DNA of 64,000 nucleotides from Haliotis rufescens (taxonomy: Eukaryota): assembly GCF_023055435.1 (NCBI RefSeq), contig NW_025963779.1, forward strand, positions 12,834,001 to 12,898,000. The letters are read 5' to 3'. Below, piece by piece: positions 52,963-64,000 of this stretch. The stretch's first letter is position 1. Each line of letters starts with the position of its first letter. The notes beneath the pieces were generated by a model. It was given only the letters and a program-made list of their open reading frames with translations. It was not told the origin of the DNA and did not search any database. A program made the position numbers and the translations under genes.

Positions 52963-53144
52963 ATAAATCTCTCCCTGAGACTTTAGGGAAGTATTCTGTC
53001 CAGAAGGCATACTGTTTCTGTCTGAAGTTGGTCAGGTTCTCAGACTTGTTGGTAATACTCAAGTAACTATGGTTTTTGGGGTTGTAACTTAACCATGTGG
53101 CATTGCGGAAGTCTTTGATGGGACGGTCACGTGGGGTTGGATCA
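52963..53144 (-). CDS. Esterase-like exon
   Basis: DPTPRDRPIKDFRNATWLSYNPKNHSYLSI...YAFWTEYFPK; phase 2-1. Confidence 0.92.
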
Positions 53145-53674
53145 CTGGAAAACAACACAACTGATTAACATTCAGGACAACTTAAACATGGTAAACACTG
53201 TTATCAATGGCTGGCTGTGAAGCTAATCTGAAGTCTGAAAATTATGAATGTTGTCAAGGCTGACGATGATTGACTATGACTGGTGTGATATCCGGAAATA
53301 TTTGTTGTTTAATGTCACACTAAGCAATATTCTAGCTATAATTTGGCAGTCTACATCATCAAGTCTGAGCCAAGCAATCAAGTGATTGACATCATTGATC
53401 TAGTTTGATACGATGACATGCATCAACCAAGTGGGTGAGTCTGACCACCTGATTGTGTTACATGCTTCTGGCGACAAATATGGGCTGTTGAGGGCCAATG
53501 CTAACACAGGTCTTCATGGGGTTCTAAAATCATTGGCTATGGCTGTTATGTGGTGACTTACTATGAATGACTGTCAGAGTCATTTGATACCTGTAGATGA
53601 CTGTCATGTGACAGTTGTGATAAAATGAAGATAACTGTAGATGATTGGCTGATTGTGGTGCGATGTACACTCAC

Positions 53675-53837
53675 CCTCTGGTTGTGAAGTTAGTGAACAT
53701 GTTGATCATGTATTCGCTGATGTTGCGGTCATTCAAGTCATATTCCTGCCGAGGTCTCAGACCGGTCATATTTATGTAGGTCTCGTTGAAATATGGCAGC
53801 CCAAATACATACTGCAAGTCTTGTCCATGTGCCACAC
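53675..53837 (-). CDS. Esterase-like exon with catalytic-position His
   Basis: GVAHGQDLQYVFGLP...MINMFTNFTTRG; phase 1-2. Confidence 0.94.
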
Positions 53838-54761
53838 CTGAAGCACCAAAATGGTGAGTGAGTGAGTTGGGTTTTACTTTGTGTGCCATATCAACTTTAT
53901 TACTGTAGTCTGCAAGAAATCCAGCACAGGACAGACATTTGGGCTCCAGAATATAAAATCAGCTAGGTTTTTTGGTTTGGTTTGTTGTTTAACGCTGCAC
54001 TCAGCAATATTTCAGCTATATGACAGCGGTCTGTAAAATAATCGAGTCTGGACCAGACAATCCAGTGATTGACATCATGAGCATCGATCCACGCAATTGG
54101 GATCGATGACATGTATCAACCAAGTCAGCGAGCCTGACCACCCGATCCCATTAGTCGCCTTTACGCAAATATGGGTTGCTGAAGACCTATTCTAACACGG
54201 AATCTTCACGGGTCAAAATCAGCTAGGTCTTATGATCTGTCATCTTGGTCCTTAACTCAAATATTATATGTCAATGTGACCATTAAATCTTCAATTGTAG
54301 CTGCTGGTTATGACAAACATTGGGTGCTAAGTACCCTATTTATGCTCTGAATCCCAAACCACCAGACAACAGGCACCAACACAAATTGAGATTCAGCACA
54401 CCACAATAAATTATTAGATTTTAATAAAGTTATTTACAAAATATGAGTTGGGAGGTATCTTTTCTTACATACATATATTTTGGACGTTATTTTTGATTAA
54501 TTAAACTGCACAAGGCAAATATGTATGTGAACTGTCAACTATCTATTGACAAATCTATTCCAAACACAGACGTGTAACAGTTTTTGGAAATGCAGTTAAC
54601 ATGGCTAAGTCCTGATTATCAGGTGGAGCAGAATGGTCAATGTTTTATTGCTTGTTGATTGCTATCATACCTGACATTATTTGAATAATTTCATTAAACA
54701 TAAAGTACACATGTAGCGATTTTCTTGGTCCATAGGTACAGTTAACTACAGGCATAACGAA

Positions 54762-54978
54762 GTGAGTGAGTGAGTGAGTGAGTGAGTGAGTGAGTTGGGT
54801 TATATGCCGCTTTTACCAGTATTCTAGTTATATCACAGCATGTCAGCTTAACGTGTGAGGAAAGCCCGAAGGGATGCAGATCTCAGACAGGTATGGTGCT
54901 GACAAACCTAGAAACATCAGGGCAAACTGGGATTCATGAATCGCGGAGCCTTAGATGACTGGGCCACCTATGCCCCCC
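54762..54978 (-). mobile_element. SINE family A, deleted/diverged
   Basis: Family A tail and head with internal deletions. Confidence 0.8.
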
Positions 54979-55337
54979 ATAACAAACTAAGCATGCTAAG
55001 AGGGACCACTAATATAAGTTATAAGCATATATACCCCATATATACAGCAAATGGCTGAGACAAAAGAAACAGTTTGTCATATTGTCAGTTTGTTGTAAGC
55101 ATGTTCGTCATAAACGAAGTTTACTTACTTTGGGACAAAAAGAATTATAGGAGGCAGGGTGTTGGGGGGTGAGCCTGGCATGGATGAAAAGCTAGTAATA
55201 TTTAATTGTGGCCTAAATCAATTGGATATAATTGACTCCTTGAACCTTTACTAAGTCTTCTAATCTTATCTCACAAGTTTTGAACAAGTTAGTTACTGAA
55301 AGATGAATCTAACCAAGAAGAGCACAAACGACCTCAC

Positions 55338-55464
55338 CTCTCCATGGTGGAAGGAAGTCGTTCCAGGACTTATACTTGAACACATAGAAATAGGTTGTGT
55401 TGTAGATAACCTGGGATCGCATCATCTCATTGACACCTGTCCCGAACATGTAGTCCGACATCAG
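55338..55464 (-). CDS. Esterase-like exon
   Basis: LMSDYMFGTGVNEMMRSQVIYNTTYFYVFKYKSWNDFLPPWR; phase 0-1. Confidence 0.92.
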
Positions 55465-55779
55465 CTGAAAACCATCACACAGTTACCATGATCAATTACA
55501 AGACTGATGGAAATATTTTAACAAATACATTTCAGATCAGCATTATCGGAAATACTCTACATTTATACTACTCAAGTTTGCTTAGGACCACTGCCTTAAA
55601 AGGTAATATGTCAAATAGTGTGCATCTGTTCAAATAGCCAAAGACAATATTGTGTGAAGACATGTTTAATGAACAAAAGTCCATTGTCATGTGCCCCACA
55701 ATGTACAATAATAGTATCTGACCAAAACTGAAACATCAGAAAATCATGTAAACAAATTCATTGTCCCCCCAAACACAGT

Positions 55780-56300
55780 AAGACATTGCGAGTTCCTTTA
55801 GAGTTGCCAGAAGGACAGGGCACCGTAAGATGGCGATCTGCAGCTGGTTCCACATGTGTTCAATAGGGATGCAGTCTGGTGACCGGGCTGGCCACTCCAT
55901 ACGGACAAAAGTCTCCCATTCTAAGAAGGCATCAACCACTCTGTCACGATGAGGTTGTGCGATGTACATGAGGATAAGTCCGGGCAGATTGCACCTCCAT
56001 ATGGTCTCACGAATAGATCCAGAATGTCATCCCTATAGCGCAGACTTGTCATCATGCTCCGCTGTAGAACATGGAGATTCATTCTCCCAGCTCTACTGAT
56101 CCCACCCCAAATCATGACTGAGCCCCCACCATAGCAGTCATGTTCAGCTACGTTTGTACACCACACTTGGGCATGACAATCTGTGAGGTCAAGACAGTAT
56201 CTTGAGAAAAGTGCTGGTCTGTCCAAGTGATGTGATTTTCAGCCCAATCCAAACATGCCTGTCTGAGATATCAGGTGATACCAGCCTCTGTCCGTTCAGC
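55780..56300 (-). mobile_element. Decayed Tc1 transposase fragment
   Basis: GGGSVMIWGGIS, RYRDDIL, EWPARSPDCIPIEHMW with frameshift. Confidence 0.9.
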
Positions 56301-57031
56301 ATGAAATTGAGGTTCTATAGGGATTACCCAATCTTTATGTACCTGGATATTTCCATTGTTATTTTGTTTAGATGAGTTTTTGATATTATGAAACTTTGAG
56401 TAGTATATATTAACAAGATTCTGTCAGATAGTTTTTCAATGAATTTTGAAGACAAACATTCCCAGGTACTTTCTTGGATCACTGACTTATCCCATGAGTA
56501 AACTGAATCAAACCACCCCATAACCTGGCCCTAATTTTCTAAGGAACTGTCCATTGAAATAAAAACATGCAAAATAATTTGTTCAACTATACAAAACTTG
56601 AAGCAGTCTGATCAATCATATAAATAATACATATCTTTGGCTTGATATTATGTACCTTAAATACACAGAAGTGTTCTATTGATATCGGTAATTACAAGTG
56701 ATGGGGTGCAACCGGCGGTACAGAATACCCTCATCTTTTCATTGACACCTGGACCCACTTGCACAAAGCGATCTTAGCGCTAAGATGATCTTAACTCCCA
56801 TACTTTAACATAGGCTTACAATAGTCTTAGTGCTAAGATCGCTTTGTGCAAATGGGCCCTGGTATCATCAGTATTTGATAGTGATTTGCAAACATTTGCT
56901 TTTGATATATTCAGAATCATACAATGGACTACGCTTTTAGCAGAAGATGCTTATGATTATGGTTAAATATTGTAGCTTATATTTATTATAATGTTCACAA
57001 GACAGAAATAAGTTCAAGAGAGGAGACTTAC

Positions 57032-57210
57032 ATCTGTCAACATCTGCCTGACTTGGCTGTAGTTCTTTGGCTCAGGCCAGTACGTGTATTCATATGAAAG
57101 AGCATCAATGGCATTGGACATGTCCACGATACCTCGGTCACGAAGAAATTCCTTTAAGATATTGTCGAACTGGTCTGGAGTCACACCATCCAGGAGATTT
57201 TGTAGGTTGG
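57032..57210 (-). CDS. Esterase-like exon
   Basis: PNLQNLLDGVTPDQFDNILKEFL...ALSYEYTYWPEPKNYSQVRQMLTD; phase 1-0. Confidence 0.92.
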
Positions 57211-58643
57211 CTGCATTTGGTAACAGAAGAAAAGATGTATCAAAACAAACATAAAACTCTTCAATATCAACCCCCTCTTTATTAAATGATGTCTATAAAA
57301 ATCACAATCACAAGCATATGTATGTAATAATGTATATGTCTGATTATACCAGTCAACACTGGTTAGTCCTAAAGCTTGTAAGTAGGTACAAGTGATCGAT
57401 ATTGATGGATCCAGAATCAAGTGTCAACAGTAACGCTCCTCACTGCTTTTCATCATGTTGTATGTTCTCCATATCTTCAAATCAAGTGACCCAGAAATGG
57501 TACTTTTCAATAGACAGAACTTTTCATTCAAAAGAGATTGATAATATTATTACAAAGCATCATAGAGACTCTAGATTATGATTTTTCCACAATAAAAAAG
57601 AATTTTTGTTTAAACCTCCAGAATTGACATTTGATGTATGACATCTGATGTGAATAAAAGTTTCACCAGGAGATGTTAAATGATTTATGAATCAATACTC
57701 TGGAAATGCACCCTAACCTCATTTGAATGTCATTTGAACTTTTTGCCTTGGAAACATCTTCCTGAGACAAGGGAGTTAACTGACCATCAAAGTCCAGTTT
57801 CCACCCTTGCTGAACTAGGCTGGAATTAATGAGTTATATTTTGGCTGGACTAATGAGTCTATGCATAGTCCAATCAAACTTGCATAACGAAATCAACATC
57901 ATGTTCGTAAACTGCCGTGCAGATTTTGGTTGATTGCAAGATTTGCAAAGCATGTTTGCCGTCAACTCGGCGTCAAGATATATTTCCCAAATCTTTTCAT
58001 GTTTCCAATGAAGGTACTCACCTGATTTGATGCACTTCACTAGTAAGACCCATTTTATCACCATATAGATTTTAAAATATCGATCAGATCGTCTTGTCTC
58101 GGAGCTGCCAATTTGTTGGAATCAAATGCAAGTATTATGAGAGGTGGAATCTGATTGGTCTATAGGAGGGACATAGATTGGACATAACTTTTAATCGCTA
58201 TTGGTGGCATTACGATCGAGCCCAGAAATTCTAGCCTTGTTCGGCAAGGGTGGAAACTGGACTTTTATAGTCAGTTAACTCCCTTGCCTCAGGAAGATGC
58301 CCTGGAAACTAAAAAAAATAAATACTTCAAATTTCCTGAACATCAAAAGGCACCAGCTACGTTAGCACATGCCTGATGTTTGTGAACAAACCCTATCCAC
58401 AGTGAACCTATGTCCAAGTTGTTGCCTCGGAAACACAAAAAATATAATTGAAAGAAAAACACAGTATCAAACGGCACTGGTTAAGTGATGTGTGCATGAC
58501 GTTTCAGCAAGACATATTGAACAGGTTACAAGTTATGATCCAGAAATGAAACATGAAGTATGGATGAATGGAGTCCATTTCTATATCCCCTACCAATAAA
58601 TGTTTGAATGGGGATAACAAAGAAAATGCATTATAGTACTTAC

Positions 58644-58809
58644 GGATAAAAAATGAGCCTTCATCCAGGACAAGGCCTGCCAAAACCTGCATCTTCTTGA
58701 AACGTCCCTGGCGGCGTATGATGTTTGGGGGGTCAGGCAGGAAGGAGTAATCCACCCCGAGCACCTGCCCGTCCACCACGGGACCCCACGGGTTCCCCAC
58801 CTTGCCAGG
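58644..58809 (-). CDS. Esterase-like exon with catalytic-position Glu
   Basis: WGPVVDG...FLPDPP...AGLVLDEGSFFI; phase 0-1. Confidence 0.94.
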
Positions 58810-58844
58810 CTGAAACACAGGTCACAATCCCATTCAAATCAGAC

Positions 58845-59147
58845 CTACCGCTAAACAAAGATCTGAGGACCTCCCATTACGGGTCATGTCAGACTGACCT
58901 GAACAAAAACAAGCAAAGGCACATTCTGGAATGGCTAACAGATGGTCTAGATTGTATGAATACAGTCATAAAGCCCATAAGTATCGTTCTGGATACCCGG
59001 TGTTACATTTTTCGAGGTTGCATGATCAGAATTAACATTCCAACTGTCATTTTCATGATCTGATAAGCGACGCTCTGATTGGTCAGATGAAAGGTCATTC
59101 TGACATGACCTGCAATGGGATGTCCTCAGATCTTTGTTTAGCGGTAG
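58845..59147. mobile_element. About 300-bp MITE with about 55-bp TIRs
   Basis: CTACCGCTAAACAAAGATCTGAGGAC... and reverse complement ending 59147. Confidence 0.8.
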
Positions 59148-59921
59148 CGAGAACTAAGATTTGATTTTACCATTGCACAAGTCATGGTCAGACAGCTGGA
59201 ATGTGTAGCTACTAATATCTGATTACAACAGCAACATCTGTCGAAGCTGATACTGATAAAATGTAGTCATCTTCACCGAACATGTACAATGTCACCTAAT
59301 GTTCACAGACCCTAGTGAAGTTTATTCATAAGTTATAAGACACAAACGTTTACCCTTATGTAACACATTCACAAGTTATTGTGGACACAAGTCAACATTA
59401 CATACAGTCACCTCGGCCTTGGTAATGTCAGACAATAAATAACACCACAACAGAAAGTGTTATGTCTGTCTCATAAATATCAAAACTCCCTGAATTATTT
59501 TGCTGACAAACTCTTTATAAGTGACTAAATGTTAGTACAAAAAAGTGCTTGTGCTAGGAGAAGGTACCAATGTTTGTCTGTGTGTTGTTTAACACCACAG
59601 TCAGCAATATTCCAGCTATGCGCTGCAGCCTGTATCTAATAGAGTCTGGAGCAGACAATCCAGTGATTGACATCATAAGCATCAACCTACACAACAGGGA
59701 TACAGTAGCATACATCAACCAAATCATTAAGTTTGACCATCCGATCCAGTTAGTCACCCAAAAGTGGGTTGCTGAAGACCAATTCTAATTCTTGTGATTA
59801 GTGATGGGACTGCCAATATGGCCAAGGCTAAAATGTTCAGAATAATTTACTGTTTATAAAATCACATCCATCATAATTTATACTTATAGCTGGAGAATCA
59901 TAATTATGGTTCAATCCTAAC

Positions 59922-60127
59922 CTTCATCATGACCCGAGCAGAGGCGTTGACGATTTCATTGTAGCTACGATACATCCGCAGACATTCCATGAGACGCTGG
60001 TTGTCATTAGTGGGGCAGCCAACCTCATAGCCGAGGGCCTTGGCATAGTTCTTGGCATCGTCAGAGGGCATGATGGCCCACTCACTCAGGTCCGACCCAC
60101 TCATCATGATGGCACGGTGGAACAAGT
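59922..60127 (-). CDS. Esterase-like exon
   Basis: NLFHRAIMMSGSDLSEWA...GCPTNDNQRLMECLR; phase 1-0. Confidence 0.95.
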
Positions 60128-60231
60128 CTGCAACACACATTCACCATGAGAATGCGCTCTTACCACCTTACTTCGCATTTACCTAAAGGTCATACAGTTA
60201 CCATCTGAAGACATGCTAACAATCAGAATAA

Positions 60232-60892
60232 CGTATTTACCACCAGAACACACATTTCCTGTAGGAACACACTTTTACCACCAGAACAGACATTTCCTGT
60301 AGGAACACACTATTACCACCAGAACACACATTTCCTGTAGGAACACACTATTACCATTAGAACACACATTTCCTGTAGGAACACACTATTACCATCAGAA
60401 CACACATTTCCTGTAGGAACATACTACCAGAACACACATTTCCTGTCAGAACACACTTTTACCATCAGAACACACTTTTACCATCAGAACAAACATCTCC
60501 TGTCAGAACACACTTTTACCATCAGAACACACATTTCCTGTCGGAACACACTTTTACCACCAGAACACACATTTCCTATAGGAACACACTTTTACCACCA
60601 GAACACACATTTCCTGTTGGAACACACTATTACCATCAGAACACACATTTCCTGTAGGAACACACTATTACCACCAGAACACACATTTCCTGTAGGAACA
60701 CACTATTACCATCAGAACACACATTTCCTGTAGGAACACACTTTTACCATCAGAACACACATTTCCTGTCGGAACACACTTTTACCATTAGAACACACAT
60801 TTCCTGTCGGAACACAGTTTTACCATCAGAACACACATTTCCTGTCAGAAAACACTTTTACCATCAGAACACACATTTTCTGTCGGAACACA
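60232..60892. repeat. 38-bp minisatellite, about 17 copies
   Basis: Unit ACCAGAACACACATTTCCTGTAGGAACACACTATTACC. Confidence 0.95.
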
Positions 60893-61077
60893 AGATCTCA
60901 GGCAAAATATTTTGAAAAATAGCTCACCTGACCCTAACCAAGCTAACCTAAGTGTTTTGTATACTCACAACGACAAATCAATAGACACAACAGCCTTTAC
61001 AAACATAAAGGTTAAAAAAATGACAAAACTACAACAAAAAATTCTACAGAACAGGCATGTTGAAATGAATTTGACAC

Positions 61078-61223
61078 TCACTATATATCAAATGACAAAT
61101 TGACATATCAGTGGATGAGTGTGCTCAAAATACATTCCATGTCACTGGCATCACTATATATCAAATGACAAATTGACATATCAGTGGATGAGTGTGCTCA
61201 AAATACATTCCATGTTACTGGCA
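61078..61223. repeat. 73-bp tandem duplication
   Basis: Two near-identical copies starting TCACTATATATCAAATGAC. Confidence 0.9.
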
Positions 61224-61295
61224 ATGCTAAGGGACACAACTCTGTACATACACATGAATAAATAGTTAACGCAGCACCAAATGACAGCAACTTAC

Positions 61296-61481
61296 TCCCA
61301 CTCCTGGGGGACAGCAGATGGAGCCCCACACTGACGGCCCCCACGCTCTGCCCCATGATGGTCACCAAGTTGGGGTTGCCACGGAATGCGGTGATTGTCC
61401 GCTTCACGAACTCTAGCGCTCGAATCTGATCCCACATCCCATAGTTTCCAGGGGCATGCTGATCTCCAGTGCTGAGAAACC
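61296..61481 (-). CDS. Esterase-like exon with nucleophile elbow GQSVG
   Basis: GFLSTGDQHAPGNYGMWDQIRALEFV...VTIMGQSVGAVSVGLHLLSP; phase 1-1. Confidence 0.96.
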
Positions 61482-61761
61482 CTGTAAATGTTTCATGCTG
61501 ATTAGAAATGTTGACACACTGACACAAAAGAGAGCCAAACACCTCTGTAGGTCACCTTACTTTTCTGGAATCCTGGCAACATGAATGTCTGGGAATCCCA
61601 ATATTGCAGTCGAGGGAATTCCCTTTCTGCTCACATGTATCGTCATGCACAGGGCATTTATCGAAATTCATGCATATTCATTGTCCATTTAAGATCAAAG
61701 GTTGAGAAGGAATGAAACAGCAAATGTGCAGGCTTCTGTAAGAATCAGCTATGCGGATTCA

Positions 61762-62376
61762 TGTAGTTGAATTTGACCACTACGACTGATCTGTCTGCCA
61801 GGAACTACCACGATACCGCTGTACTAACCTAGAGCATTCAGCCTGTAGTTGAATGTGACCACTACGACTGATCTCTGCCAGGAACTACCAGGATACCGCT
61901 GTACTAACCTAGAGCATTCAGCCTGTAGTTGAATGTGACCACTATGGCTTATCTGTCTGCCAGGAACTACCAAGATACCGCTGTACTAACCTAGAGCATT
62001 CAGCCTGTAGTTGAATGTGACCACGACGACTGATCTGTCTGCCAGGAACTACCAGGATACCGCTGTACTAACCTTGAGCATTCAGCCTGTAGTTGAATGT
62101 GACCACGACGACTCATCTGTCTGCCAGGAACTACCACGATACCGCTGTACTAACCTAGAGCATTCAGCCTGTAGTTGAATGTGACCACGACGACTCATCT
62201 GTCTGCCAGGAACTACCACGATACCGCTGTACTAACCTAGAGCATTCAGCCTGTAGTTGAATGTGACCACGACGACTCATCTGTCTGCCAGGAACTACCA
62301 CGATACCGCTGTACTAACCTAGAGCATTCAGCCTGTAGTTGAATGTGACCACGACGACTGATCTGTCTGCTAGGAA
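61762..62376. repeat. 82-bp tandem array made of an exon 3' end plus its donor site
   Basis: GTACTAACCT recurs at 61821, 61901, 61983, 62065, 62147, 62229, 62311. Confidence 0.95.
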
Positions 62377-62475
62377 CATGCCAGGGTACTGCTGTCCAGA
62401 CCCCATGGTCCAGCCTCCTCCATGGATAAACACCAACACTGGGTACAAGTTAGTTCCTCCAAAATCATCAATTTT
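62319..62475 (-). CDS. Esterase-like exon with oxyanion-hole GGG (missed by ORF track)
   Basis: cttcag|KIDDFGGTNLYPVLVFIHGGGWTMGSGQQYPGMFLADRSVVVVTFNYRLNAL G|gttagt; phase 0-1. Confidence 0.95.
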
Positions 62476-63035
62476 CTGAAGAAAAATAATAAAAATTCAT
62501 GTTTGTAAATAAACAGCTTCAGTTTGTACTTTATTGACACTGACAGATATATTATTAATACAAATTACTTACAGAGTTCCAGCAATATACCAGACTACTG
62601 TAGAATGTTCAGGTTGGTTGGTTTTTGGTTTGTTGTTTAAGGTCGCACTAAGCAATATTCCAGCTATATGACGGCGGTCTGTAAATAATCAGGTCTGGAC
62701 CAGACAATCCAGTGGTTGATATCATGAGCATCGATCCACGCAATTGGGATCGATGACATGCATCAACCAAGTCAGCGAGCCTGACCCCCCGAACCCGTTA
62801 GTCGCCTTTTATGACAAGCATAGTCACCTTTTATGGCAAGCATGGGTTGCTGAAGACCTATTCTACCCCGGAATCTTCACGGGTCGCATGTTCAGGAAAT
62901 CAGGTATTATTTATTAAAGTCACTTCTCTACCACCTCACTACTGAACACTACTCACATTATTATATTGTCCATAAGCATGATAAGGACATACAGAATACA
63001 ATCACCACATGTAGTTCCTTCTTGCTTTACTCCAA

Positions 63036-63328
63036 GTGAGTGAGTGAGTGAGTGAGTGAGTTGGGTTTAACGCCGCTTTTAACAGTATTCCAGTTATATC
63101 ACGGCGTGTCAGCTTAACGTGGGAGGAAAGCCCGAAGTGATGCAGGTCTCAGACGTTTACCACTTCGGTGAAACCCACGAGCATGGGTATGGTGCTGACA
63201 AACCTAGAAACATAATCGGGGCGAACCGGGATTCGAACCCACAATCATAGGTTTCTGGCCTGCCCAAGGGACGCAACTCTGCACAGCGAATCGCGGCGCC
63301 TTAGACGACTGGGCCACCCGTGCCCCCC
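63036..63328 (-). mobile_element. SINE family A, near full length
   Basis: Complete head, body and tail; imperfect TSD CTTTACTC. Confidence 0.92.
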
Positions 63329-64000
63329 TTTACTCAAAGACTTATACAGATGTATATATGTCTTTGCTGTACTTGATTAAATACACTTTACATATAGTCC
63401 TACCAAACATTCATGTTTCATATGTATCACATCTGTGGGTAGTTAATACACTGAGATGCCCAGTTTGTTTATTAACAAATGCCTCCAGGATCACATTCTT
63501 TTTGAATGTTGATGAAAATCAAATAATCAATCTATAAATATGGCTACAACTTGACATATTTAAGACCAAATAGTTCTCTAGTCTGAAAGAAATGTTTTCA
63601 TGCGTATTAGCACAGCATTGCCTATATCAGTACTTAACGTGTCACAAACTGCCGTATCAGCATAAAGCTGAGGTGAGTTGAAATGGGGGTTCAATGTCGC
63701 GTCCAAGATTATTGCACATATACAGCAAATGTGTGTGTGGCTGCTTATACTAAAGTACTCACGGAAATAAAAAAAAACACTTTTTTTTCAATCTCAGATT
63801 TTAAATAAATGCAGTTAATATACAAAATATATAAATATTCAAACAACTCAATTAATACTAATTTGGCCTTGGCACAAATACAGCGTATCAAAGGTTTTTA
63901 TGTCTTTTTACACGTAAAGGTGTGTAAAAATATGAACAAAACAGACTATTGTGAAACTGAGCATAACCAGGTGTTAGTAGATCAAGGTAAATGTCCATGA

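Larger units (their letters stand above)
49107..62475 (-). other. Type I membrane carboxyl/cholinesterase-family (neuroligin-like) gene, 5' exons outside window
   Basis: PVLVFIHGGGW, VVTFNYRL, GNYGMWDQ, GQSVG, LFHRAIMMSGS, DEG, HGQDLQYVFG, FTNF..GDP, TM helix; phase-consistent exons. Confidence 0.93.

Overview
Eukaryotic (invertebrate, probably mollusc/gastropod; inference from gene content and repeat style) genomic DNA with spliceosomal introns and one 478-N gap. Three intron-containing genes, all on the minus strand, were reconstructed by hand from GT-AG junctions with consistent exon phases. (1) A secreted multi-CUB-domain protein: 8 exons visible, 13757 to 1152, running off the left edge. 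(2) A complete Elongin A gene: 12 coding exons, 41727 to 20522, about 1041 aa. (3) The 3' part of a single-pass membrane carboxyl/cholinesterase-family (neuroligin-like) gene, 62475 to 49107, that keeps the Ser-Glu-His triad. The rest is SINEs (four families), MITEs, decayed Tc1/mariner, LINE and Penelope fragments, and many intronic minisatellites. Most unusual observations: two minisatellites are literally amplified splice junctions (about 47 copies of a 3' splice site, 6 extra copies of an exon end plus 5' splice site) and decoy use leads straight to a stop; SINEs with GTGAGT-forming tails are strictly co-oriented with host genes; and a minimal hammerhead-like motif sits in a Penelope-type inverted repeat. 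Most ORFs in the supplied track are spurious.
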